From positions 1 through 17,339 of the forward strand of contig JANLPS010000197.1 of NCBI GenBank assembly GCA_031367385.1: a stretch of DNA of 17,339 nt, given 5' to 3'. Under the pieces are notes generated by a model. It was given only the letters and a program-made list of their open reading frames with translations. It was not told the DNA's origin and made no database searches. The stretch comes from Archangium sp. (GTDB lineage: Bacteria > Myxococcota > Myxococcia > Myxococcales > Myxococcaceae). This document shows, one piece after another, positions 7,948 through 15,821 of this stretch; the stretch's first letter is position 1; each line of letters begins with the position of its first letter. Both the position numbers and the translations under genes were made by a program.

Positions 7948-9981
7948 TCAGGGTGCCCCACCGGGGGCTTTGGCGGCTTTGAGCTTTTCTCGCAAGTTCG
8001 CGAAAAAGTTCACCTCTTTGTCGGTGGGGGGCCCCGGAGGCGGGGCGCTCAAGTCGACCAGCTCGGTCAGATCATCGGGGATGTCGGCCAAGAACCGGCT
8101 GGGCGTGCGCGGCACCTCTTTGCCCCGCTTGATGCGGGTCGACGCGCGGGTCATCACCAGGCGTTCGCGCGCCCGGGTCATGCCGACGTAACAGAGGCGC
8201 CGCTCTTCTTGCGGGTTGGGCAGCTCTCCGGGCATGCCGCCGTGGGGTAGCAGGTCTTCTTCGAGGCCCACCATGAAGACCAGCTTCCACTCCAAGCCCT
8301 TGGCGCCGTGCAGGGTCATCAGCGTCACCCGGCCCTGCGCGTGCTGCGGCTCTTCTTCTTCTTCGCGGGTGTCGAGTGCGAGGCGATTCAAGTAGGTGAG
8401 CAGGCTGGCCTTCTTGCCCTCGCGTTTCTCGTAGGCCTCGAGCGACAGAATGATCTGCGCGATGCCCTTGGCCTTGCGATCGCCCGACGCCGCGGTCACC
8501 GCTTGCGAGCGCGCGACGCCGACGAAGTCGATTTCATTGAGCAGGTCGCGGGTCACCTGCGCCAGGTTGCCCTTGCTGAACTGCGAGCGGTACTTGCGCA
8601 GCAGCTCGACGAACTCGGTGACCTTTTCAGGAGCGCCCTTGGGCAGCTCAGGCACCTCGGCGACCTGCTCGATCGCCTTCCACAGCGGCACGTCGTTGGC
8701 GCTGGCCCAGGCGGTGATGCGCTCCATGGTGACATCGCCGATGCCACGCGCGGGCACGTTGACGATGCGCAAGAGCGACATCTCGTCTTTCGGGTTCGCG
8801 AGCACCTTGAAGTAGGCGATCACGTCTTTGACCTCGCGCCGGTCGAAGAACTCGCTGCCCCCGATCACCTCGTAGCGCACCTCTTTTTCGCGCAGAAATT
8901 CTTCGATGAAGCGCGACTGGCCATTGACCCGGTACAAAATGGCGATCTCATCGGCGGAGTGCCCTTCGAGCAACGCGCGTTTCACTTCGGCGGCGACGTA
9001 GCGGGCCTCCTCCTCTTCTGACGGAGCGGTCACGATTTGAATCTTGGGCCCGCCCAGCACATCGGTCCACATGCGCTTGGGGCGGCGCTCTGGGTTCTTC
9101 TCGATGACCGAGTTCGCGGCGTCGAGAATGGTCTGGTTCGAGCGGTAGTTCTGCTGCAGCCGCACCTCTTTCGCTCCGGGAAAGAGCTTCTCGAAGTCGA
9201 GAATGTTGCGCACCTCGGCCCCGCGCCAGCTGTAGATGCACTGGTCATCGTCGCCCACCACGCAGACGTTCTGGTGCTCGGAGGCCAAGTGGCGCAGCAG
9301 GTCTAATTGAGCGCGGTTGGTGTCTTGGTATTCGTCGACCATCACGTACCGAAAGCGCTCGACGAAGCTCTTCTTCACCTCGGGAAACTCGGCGAAGATC
9401 TTCGAGGGGAAGACGCGCAGGTCGTCGAAGTCGACCGCGCCCTGGGCCTTGAGGGCCAGCTGGTAGAGGGGGAAGACGAGGTGCGCGACCAAATCGGTGT
9501 CGTCGCCCTGCCCCTCGGGCTTCGGCTGCGGCTCAGAGCCCGAGTTCTTCGCGCGCGAAATCAGGGTGAGAATCTTGCGGGGGTCGAAGGTCTTGTCGTC
9601 GACGTTTCGCTCGCGCATGGCCCGGCGCACGAGCGAGATCTGGTCTCCGGTATCGACGATCGCGAACTTCTTGGGCCAGCCCAGGCGGTGCAGGTTCGAG
9701 CGCAGCACCTCGGCTCCGAAGGCGTGAAAGGTCGAGAGCGTCACGGCCAGGGCCCGCTGCCCGCCCATGTGCACCACGCGCTCTTTCATCTCTTGGGCGG
9801 CCTTGTTGGTGAAGGTGACCGCGAGAATCGACTTGGCCGAGACCTTCTTGTCGAGCAGGTGAACGATGCGGTGGGTGATGACGCGCGTCTTGCCCGACCC
9901 TGCGCCCGCGAGCACCAGCAGCGGCCCTTTGGTGGTCAGCACCGCTTCTTTTTGCGGTGGGTTGAGGTGCGACAAGTCCAC
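7948..9981 (-). CDS. SF1 ATP-dependent DNA helicase, UvrD/Rep/PcrA family
   Basis: LNPPQKEAV, LAGAGSGKTRVIT, VTFTNKAA, VDEYQDTN, VGDDDQCIYSWRGA, QNYRS, TLHGAKGLE and EERRLCYVGMTRAR. Start GTG 9981. The short C-terminus has no obvious PcrA/UvrD C-terminal domain, which is more Rep-like. Confidence 0.96.
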   Translation of the reverse strand: MDLSHLNPPQKEAVLTTKGPLLVLAGAGSGKTRVITHRIVHLLDKKVSAKSILAVTFTNKAAQEMKERVVHMGGQRALAVTLSTFHAFGAEVLRSNLHRLGWPKKFAIVDTGDQISLVRRAMRERNVDDKTFDPRKILTLISRAKNSGSEPQPKPEGQGDDTDLVAHLVFPLYQLALKAQGAVDFDDLRVFPSKIFAEFPEVKKSFVERFRYVMVDEYQDTNRAQLDLLRHLASEHQNVCVVGDDDQCIYSWRGAEVRNILDFEKLFPGAKEVRLQQNYRSNQTILDAANSVIEKNPERRPKRMWTDVLGGPKIQIVTAPSEEEEARYVAAEVKRALLEGHSADEIAILYRVNGQSRFIEEFLREKEVRYEVIGGSEFFDRREVKDVIAYFKVLANPKDEMSLLRIVNVPARGIGDVTMERITAWASANDVPLWKAIEQVAEVPELPKGAPEKVTEFVELLRKYRSQFSKGNLAQVTRDLLNEIDFVGVARSQAVTAASGDRKAKGIAQIILSLEAYEKREGKKASLLTYLNRLALDTREEEEEPQHAQGRVTLMTLHGAKGLEWKLVFMVGLEEDLLPHGGMPGELPNPQEERRLCYVGMTRARERLVMTRASTRIKRGKEVPRTPSRFLADIPDDLTELVDLSAPPPGPPTDKEVNFFANLREKLKAAKAPGGAP

Positions 9982-10065
9982 GATGGGAGGTCTACGCCAC
10001 CCCGGCCGGCGACGTGGTGTGAAAGTTTTACGAAGGTTTCGAAGGTGCGGTTTAGTGTGCGGCCA

Positions 10066-10548
10066 GTGGCACGAGAACCGCGACAAGACGACGTCTCGCC
10101 CGAAGAAGCGCGGGCGTTTATCGCCTCGCTCGACAAGCGTCATTTTCTCGAGGAGCTGACCCGCCTCACCGCGATGTTCGCCGCCGACCCCGGCAACCCG
10201 GGCAGCTACAACTGCTCCGACTGCGAGCGGTGCGGCAACTGCATGTTCTGCAAGGGCTGCGAAGGGTGCTTCGGCTGCACCCACTGCATCGGCTGCGTCA
10301 ACTGCAACCACTGCTCGCACTGCGTCGACTCGAAGACGATGCACAACTGCGCCTACTGCGTGCAGAGCGAGAACTGCACCCAGAGCGCGTACGTGTACCT
10401 GTCGCGAAACCTGGCCGACTGCACCTATTGCTTCGGCTGCGTCGGGCTCAGCAAGAAAGACTTCTACATTCTGAATCAGCAGTTCGGGCGCCAGGCGTAC
10501 TTCGAGCTGGTCAAGACGCTGAAGCGGGAGCTCGGTTTGCCGGCCTAG
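10066..10548 (+). CDS. Cytoplasmic Cys-rich protein with a (Cxx)n run
   Basis: 3' part of ORF 9307..10548 from GTG 10066. It has 13 consecutive Cys at every third residue, then CTYCFGCVGL...FYILN. No signal peptide. Confidence 0.85.
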   Translation: MAREPRQDDVSPEEARAFIASLDKRHFLEELTRLTAMFAADPGNPGSYNCSDCERCGNCMFCKGCEGCFGCTHCIGCVNCNHCSHCVDSKTMHNCAYCVQSENCTQSAYVYLSRNLADCTYCFGCVGLSKKDFYILNQQFGRQAYFELVKTLKRELGLPA

Positions 10549-10618
10549 CAAGGCCTCGAAAGCAGGGTATTTCTTCTGCCCACTGACGGAAATTCGCACC
10601 GGTGACACTCATGCCGGT

Positions 10619-11155
10619 GTGAGTCGATTGCTCGCAACCGTGACGCCCAACCCACCTGACGTAGGCCAGCTGTACGAAGCGCACGCGCGTCAGGTGTGGC
10701 GCACGCTCCTGCGGCTTGGAGTGCCCTCGGCCACCGTCGAAGACGCCGTGCAAGACGTCTTTCTCACGGCGTACCAGCGACTCGATGGCTTCGAGGGGCG
10801 GTCGGCGCACGCGACCTGGTTGGTGGGCATCGCGGTGCGGGTGGCGTCGAACTTGAGGCGGTCGGCGCAGGGCAGACCGCTGCTGAGCGCGGTCGAGAAG
10901 ACCTTGGTCGACCCGGGGGCCGGGCCCGAGCTGAGGCTCTCGCGCGAGCGCGATTTGCTGGCGCTCAACCGGGTGCTCTCACAGCTGCCTGATGAACAAC
11001 GCGAGGTGGTGGTGTTGATTGATCTCGAGCAGCTGACCGCGCCGCAGGTGGCCGCGGTGCTCGAGGTGAAGCTGAACACGGTGTACTCGCGCCTGCGCCT
11101 CGGCCGCGCTGCGCTGACCCGAGCCCTGAGCCGACCCGGGGAGGAGCAGCGATGA
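10619..11155 (+). CDS. ECF (group 4) RNA polymerase sigma70 factor
   Basis: Region 2 (VEDAVQDVFL...FEGRS..TWLVGIA) and region 4 (LPDEQREVVVL...VAAVLEVKLNTVYSRLRLGR). Start is GTG 10619 or 10640. Confidence 0.95.
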   Translation: MSRLLATVTPNPPDVGQLYEAHARQVWRTLLRLGVPSATVEDAVQDVFLTAYQRLDGFEGRSAHATWLVGIAVRVASNLRRSAQGRPLLSAVEKTLVDPGAGPELRLSRERDLLALNRVLSQLPDEQREVVVLIDLEQLTAPQVAAVLEVKLNTVYSRLRLGRAALTRALSRPGEEQR

Positions 11156-11994
11156 GCAACCTCGACGACGTGCCAGCGCTCTCACCCGAGGCGAAGGCGT
11201 TTCTTCGCTCGCACGCGCAGACGGGTGAGCCCGACGCTGAAGCGCTCGAGCGCGGCCGCAGCCGGCTGCACCGCCCGGTGTATCGCACGGCCAAGATTGA
11301 AACGCGGGCGAGGCCGGTCCGCGCTGCCCCAAACCTCAAGGCGTTCGCCGCCGCCGCGATGGTGGCGCTCGTCGCTGGGTCTGGGGTGCTGCTCTTGATG
11401 ACTGATTGGCACCCTTCGGAGAGCCCGATTCCACCAATCATTCGAATCATGGCCGCTTACGATTCTGGGAACCTCGACGAAGCCCTCTCGGTGGCTCAGC
11501 ACTGCTATGAGCCTCGCTGTCTTCAACTGTACAGAGACATTGAGCACGCGCGAACATTGATTGACCACGTCGAGATGCTCCAGGACGCACAGCTCGAAGA
11601 GCTCCTGGCCATCGACTCCGCGATTCGCTCGGTTGAAGGAGGCGTCTCGGCGTATGGCCCACGGTCTCGAGTCGCGCCACCATCACGGCAAACTGGGAGC
11701 GAGGCCCGCGCGGTCGAGCTCGAGCTCCTCATCGACAGTGCGAGACTTGCCAGTCGCCGAGGCCACCAGCGGGGCGCTGTGAGCCTGTTGAACCGCTGCC
11801 TCATGCTCGATTCGGCGTCATTGGCCTGCACGCGGCAGCTCGCGAGCGCGTATGCCTCCATGGCCCAGAACGGCGACCGCGTCGCACTGCGGCAGGCGCG
11901 TGAGTACTACCTGAGGTACCTGCGAATCGCGCCATCAGACGACCCCTACGTGCCGAAGGTTCGGAACATTCTCGAATCAGCGCCGCCCGAATAG
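11152..11994 (+). CDS. Putative membrane-spanning anti-sigma factor with TPR-like periplasmic domain
   Basis: ATGA-coupled to the ECF gene, with SD GAGGAG. About 63-aa N-terminal part, one hydrophobic helix (AFAAAAMVALVAGSGVLLLM), then TPR-like helices with paired Cys (AREYYLRYLRIAP). Confidence 0.72.
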   Translation: MSNLDDVPALSPEAKAFLRSHAQTGEPDAEALERGRSRLHRPVYRTAKIETRARPVRAAPNLKAFAAAAMVALVAGSGVLLLMTDWHPSESPIPPIIRIMAAYDSGNLDEALSVAQHCYEPRCLQLYRDIEHARTLIDHVEMLQDAQLEELLAIDSAIRSVEGGVSAYGPRSRVAPPSRQTGSEARAVELELLIDSARLASRRGHQRGAVSLLNRCLMLDSASLACTRQLASAYASMAQNGDRVALRQAREYYLRYLRIAPSDDPYVPKVRNILESAPPE

Positions 11995-12476
11995 CGCGCT
12001 TTCCAAGCAGCAGATTGACCGAGCGCAGAGGGGCACGCAGGTCATCGAACGCCGTCGAGGACCAGACGCCGTGCTGACCGTGATGCTGCCAGACAGCACG
12101 ACGCAGAGTGCTGCGGTCTGAACCCACCAGTGGTTGGCGATCGAGGGCAGTGGAGTGCTCATGCCCTTGGCTGAATTCGACGCGACACGTGAAAGCACGC
12201 ACCCGGGCGAGTTACACAGTGATGTTACGAAATTGTGCTGCATGCAGTACATCGGCGAATTGCACGTTCGGTCGCAACCGAATCGTGGGCCGCTCGCCCG
12301 CAATCACCGTTCCGTGAAGCCGCATGCTGCGAGGTGCTTGGTGTCGAAGCACCGCGAGCGACACGTCGGCGAAGTCGACGGCACGTGCAGATGTCTCGAG
12401 TCGACGAAGAGACGCCGCACCTCGCCCGCACGCCCGCCAAAGGCCGGCTTCATTGCTCGGCGTAGCCCGATGGCGC

Positions 12477-14192
12477 TTACCTGCAGGTACCGCCACAAGC
12501 CCCGGCCGAAATGTCGCAGTTCTGCCCGCAGCAATCGCCATCGACTCGGCAGAGATCTCCGACCGCGAGGCACGTGAATGGCCCGCTGCAGTACCCGAAC
12601 GAGTCACACACGTACCCGCCGCAGCAATCGAGGTCGTCGTAGCAGCTTGTGCCGCTCACCCCGCAGGCGCCGTACTCACACTGGCAGCTCGTGCCACCGC
12701 CGGGGCAGGCGTAGCCGGCTGAGTCGAGACAGTAGTAGCCATCTGCGCAGTCGCCGCTGACCTGGCACGTCGAGCCGCTCACGCCGCACGTCGAGAGCGA
12801 GTAGCAGGCGCCCGCGCTGCAGTACTGCGACGATGAACAGGTGTAGTCGTACTGCCACTGGTTCGAGCTACAGCGGTAGACGTCGTCGCCAGAGCACACC
12901 GTGTCGCCGCTCTGGCAGCTGGCCTTGCACGCTCCGCTTTGACACTGGTACCCGCCGGAGCAGGTGTACTGGTACTGCCACGCCCCACTGGCGCAATACC
13001 AGACCTCGTCACCCGAGCAGTCGAACGTGCCGCTGGTGCAGCTCGCGACGCACTGGCCGTCGAAGCAAGCGCCCGCGCCGCAGCTCGAGCCGCTCCAGGC
13101 GCCGTTGATGCAGACGTAGAGATCATTGCCCGAGCAGACCCGAGCCCCGGTGGTGCACTGGGCCGCGACGCACTTGCCCGAGACGCAGTTGGTTGCGCAG
13201 GTCTGGGTCTTGTGAAACGCACCGCTCGCGCAAGTGTAGAGGTCGTTGCCGTAACACGTCGTCGCGCCGCTGCTGCAGACGCACGCCCCGGCGCTGCAGC
13301 TGAACCCGGGCTCGCAGCGAGAATCGAGCACCCATCGACCACTGGTGCAGCGATCGACTTGCCCGGTGCCCGAGCAGCGCACCGCGTTGTTGGTGCAGAC
13401 GCAGCTGCCTGCCGCGCTGCAGGTCTCGTTGGCTCCGCAGGTCTGCTGCAGCACGAACTTGCCCGCCGTGCAGACGTAGAGGCCGCTGCCCTGACACTGA
13501 AAGCTCCCATTGGTGCAGGTACCACTGCAGCTGCCGTTGGCGCAGCCCGAGGCGCAGGTCTGCGTCTTGCCCCAGGCGCCCGCGCTGCAGGTGTAGACGT
13601 CAGCGCCTCGGCACTCGGTCGCTCCGTTCGTGCATGCGCCGCTGCAGCTGCCGTTGGCGCAGCCTGCGGTGCACGTCTGGGTCTTGCCCCACGCGCCTGC
13701 GGCGCACGTGTAGACATCGGCGCCTCGGCACTCGGTCGCGCCATTCGTGCACGCGCCGCTGCAGCTCCCGTTGGCGCAGCCCGAGGCGCAGGTCACGCTC
13801 TTCGCCCAGGCGCCCGAGGTGCACGTGTAGACGTCGGCCCCGCGGCACTCGGTCGCGCCCGACGTGCACGTGCCCGCCACACAGGCCCCGGCGCTGCAGG
13901 CCTGGGTCGCGGTGCAGGTGGTGGTGAGGGTCAGCGTGTTGTCGGTGCAGGTGTACACCGCGTTGCCGCGGCACTGCGTCGACCCATTCGTGCACGGAGT
14001 GCTCGCCAGGCACTGGCCCGCTGAGCACGTCTGACCGTTCGGGCACGCCATCTTGAGGGCCAAGGCGCCGCTCTGGCACTCGTACACCGAGTTGCCCTGG
14101 CACTCCGTCGCGCCGACGACGCACTTGGCGGGTTGGCCGCACCCCGCCCCCATGCACAGCATCCCAACCCAGAGAAGCGCGAACCAACGCAT
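12477..14192 (-). CDS. Cys-rich repeat lipoprotein: 11 six-Cys repeats plus C-terminal knottin-like modules
   Basis: ATG 14192 after AAAGG, signal MRWFALLWVGMLCMGAG-C. Repeats are like CTNGATECRGADVYTCAAGAWGKTQTCTAGCANGSC. The C-terminus has C-C-CC-C-C modules. Confidence 0.88.
   Translation of the reverse strand: MRWFALLWVGMLCMGAGCGQPAKCVVGATECQGNSVYECQSGALALKMACPNGQTCSAGQCLASTPCTNGSTQCRGNAVYTCTDNTLTLTTTCTATQACSAGACVAGTCTSGATECRGADVYTCTSGAWAKSVTCASGCANGSCSGACTNGATECRGADVYTCAAGAWGKTQTCTAGCANGSCSGACTNGATECRGADVYTCSAGAWGKTQTCASGCANGSCSGTCTNGSFQCQGSGLYVCTAGKFVLQQTCGANETCSAAGSCVCTNNAVRCSGTGQVDRCTSGRWVLDSRCEPGFSCSAGACVCSSGATTCYGNDLYTCASGAFHKTQTCATNCVSGKCVAAQCTTGARVCSGNDLYVCINGAWSGSSCGAGACFDGQCVASCTSGTFDCSGDEVWYCASGAWQYQYTCSGGYQCQSGACKASCQSGDTVCSGDDVYRCSSNQWQYDYTCSSSQYCSAGACYSLSTCGVSGSTCQVSGDCADGYYCLDSAGYACPGGGTSCQCEYGACGVSGTSCYDDLDCCGGYVCDSFGYCSGPFTCLAVGDLCRVDGDCCGQNCDISAGACGGTCR
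13518..13868 (-). repeat. Three highly similar 117-bp (39-aa) tandem coding repeats
   Basis: CTGCAGCT(G/C)CCGTTGGCGCAGCC recurs at 13525, 13642 and 13759, a period of 117. Confidence 0.92.
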
Positions 14193-14471
14193 GCGGAGCC
14201 TTTCGAGTGCGGACAGCCCGCAGGAGTACCCTATCCCGCCCCGTGCTGTCGCGGCCCAAAGCCACTGCCCCAGAGACGAGGCCGGCCCCTCGAGTGCTCG
14301 AGCACGCGCGCGAACCTCATCACCGTCGGGTTTCGCCACGACGAAGACCGCCCATCGATGACGCGGAGCGTTCCTGCCCGCTTCGACATTCGCGGGGCGC
14401 GTCGGCTCTTCGATGGTGCCCAGTGCGGGCTTCTGCATGTTGCGCCAGCCGATCTGACCACCGGCTTTCGG

Positions 14472-14686
14472 GGTGTCGTGATCGCGCGGCAGAGACAGAA
14501 GCGCACGACGTACCGGTCAACCCACGCCGGAGCCGGCTTGAGAGAGCGCTCAGCAACCACGCCTTCAGCTACGCTGCTCAGCCTTCGTCTCCGGCCGGGC
14601 TGTCGGCGCGCGCATGGTGTCGTGACCGCGCCACGCCGGTTCGGCTTAGAGAACCCTCAGAAACCACGCTTTCAAATACTCAGCCT
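14472..14686. repeat. Degenerate direct duplication of the methyltransferase 3' end and its downstream flank
   Basis: 14522-14584 aligns with 14631-14686. GGTGTCGTGA(T/C)CGCGC occurs at 14472-14487 and at 14616-14631. Confidence 0.75.
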
Positions 14687-15821
14687 CAGGCAAGCCGGTG
14701 AGCCCAGGGTGATCGATGCCCGCGCTGCGCCGCTCGAGCACCTGCACGTTGCGCTTCGCGTCGGCCACCGCGCCCAGCACCATCTCTTCGAACATCTGCC
14801 GGGTGACCTTGCCCGAGCACGAACAGGTGACCAGCACGCCGTCGGGCCGCAGCAGCTTGAGCGCTCGCAGGTTGAGCTCGTGGTACGCGCGCAGCGCCAC
14901 CGTCACGCCCTCTTTGCGCTTGGCCAACCCCGGAGGGTCGATCACCACCGTGTCGAACTGGCGCCCTTCATCGGCATAATTGCGCAGCACATCGAAGGCG
15001 TTGGCCTCTTGCACGGTCACGTTGCTCCGCCCGTTCACGGCCGCGTTGGCCTTCGCCTTCGCCGCCGCCGCTGGGTCTTGCTCGATCGCGGTCACCTGCG
15101 TGCACCCGCGGCTGAGCGCCAACGCGAACCCGCCGTGGTAGCTGAAGGTATCGAGGCCCTCGCCGTGCGCCAACTCACCCGCGCGAACGTGGTTGTCGAC
15201 CTGGTCTAAGAACGAGCCAGTCTTCGCGTCTTCGAGCAGGTCGATGGCGAAGGTGTTGAGGCCCTCGTGGTAGCTGACCTGGGTCGCGCCCGAGCCGAGC
15301 AGAACGCCCTTCTCGCGCCGAAGCCCCTCGAAGTCACGCCCGCTGCCGTCGTCGCGGTTCACCACGATGCGCAGCCCGGTGATTTCAAGCAGCATCTTGG
15401 CCCAGGCGGCCTTTCGCACCTCGGCCCCTTCGCTCAGCGTCTGCAGCGACAGCGAATCGGCGTAGCGGTCGACGAACAGGCCCGGCAGCAGATCAGACTC
15501 GCCGTGCACCACGCGAAACGCATCACGGCCATGCAGCGGAGCCCGTCGCTGCCACGCGGCTTCGAGCCGGCGGCGAAAGAACGCGTCGTCGCACACTTCG
15601 TCTTTCGAGCTCTTGCGCGTGACCAACCGAATCGCCAACGGAGACGCGAGCGCCGCGAACGCTTGCCCAATCGGGTTCTTCTGCGAATCGACCACGTCGA
15701 CGAGGCTGCCGGGCGGCAACCCCTTCGGCATCGAGGTGACCTCGGTTCGGTAGCACCACGGGTTGCCCCGACGCAGCGCCTTCGCGGCCTTCGGGCTCAC
15801 CATCACCTGCGGCAGGGTCAC
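14646..15821 (-). CDS. rlmI: Class I SAM-dependent rRNA methyltransferase, RlmI-like (PUA domain plus methyltransferase)
   Basis: LRRGNPWCY (PUA-like), RVVHGESDLLPGLFVDRY, KTGSFLDQ, LDTFSYHGGFAL, FDTVVIDPP and LVTCSCS. GTGA overlap with the upstream gene. The target nucleotide is inferred from family only. Confidence 0.88.
   Translation of the reverse strand: MTLPQVMVSPKAAKALRRGNPWCYRTEVTSMPKGLPPGSLVDVVDSQKNPIGQAFAALASPLAIRLVTRKSSKDEVCDDAFFRRRLEAAWQRRAPLHGRDAFRVVHGESDLLPGLFVDRYADSLSLQTLSEGAEVRKAAWAKMLLEITGLRIVVNRDDGSGRDFEGLRREKGVLLGSGATQVSYHEGLNTFAIDLLEDAKTGSFLDQVDNHVRAGELAHGEGLDTFSYHGGFALALSRGCTQVTAIEQDPAAAAKAKANAAVNGRSNVTVQEANAFDVLRNYADEGRQFDTVVIDPPGLAKRKEGVTVALRAYHELNLRALKLLRPDGVLVTCSCSGKVTRQMFEEMVLGAVADAKRNVQVLERRSAGIDHPGLTGLPEAEYLKAWFLRVL

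Noticed and set aside
10066..10548. Cxx protein as a multiheme cytochrome or classical ferredoxin
   Set aside because: No CxxCH heme motifs, no export signal, and no CxxCxxCxxxCP ferredoxin signature.
9982..10608. 209-aa N-terminal extension of the helicase
   Set aside because: It is the antisense of the Cxx gene. Helicase homology begins at VDLSHLNPPQ (GTG 9981).
13518..13868. 117-bp repeats as a CRISPR array
   Set aside because: They are in-frame coding units with mostly synonymous differences, no unique spacers and no cas genes.
14193..14438. Upstream extension of the Cys-rich lipoprotein to ATG 14438
   Set aside because: The signal peptide and SD place the start at 14192, and the extension has no protein-like character.
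14522..14686. Duplicated gene end as a diversity-generating retroelement TR/VR pair
   Set aside because: Mismatches are not adenine-specific, there are indels, and no reverse transcriptase is present in the window.
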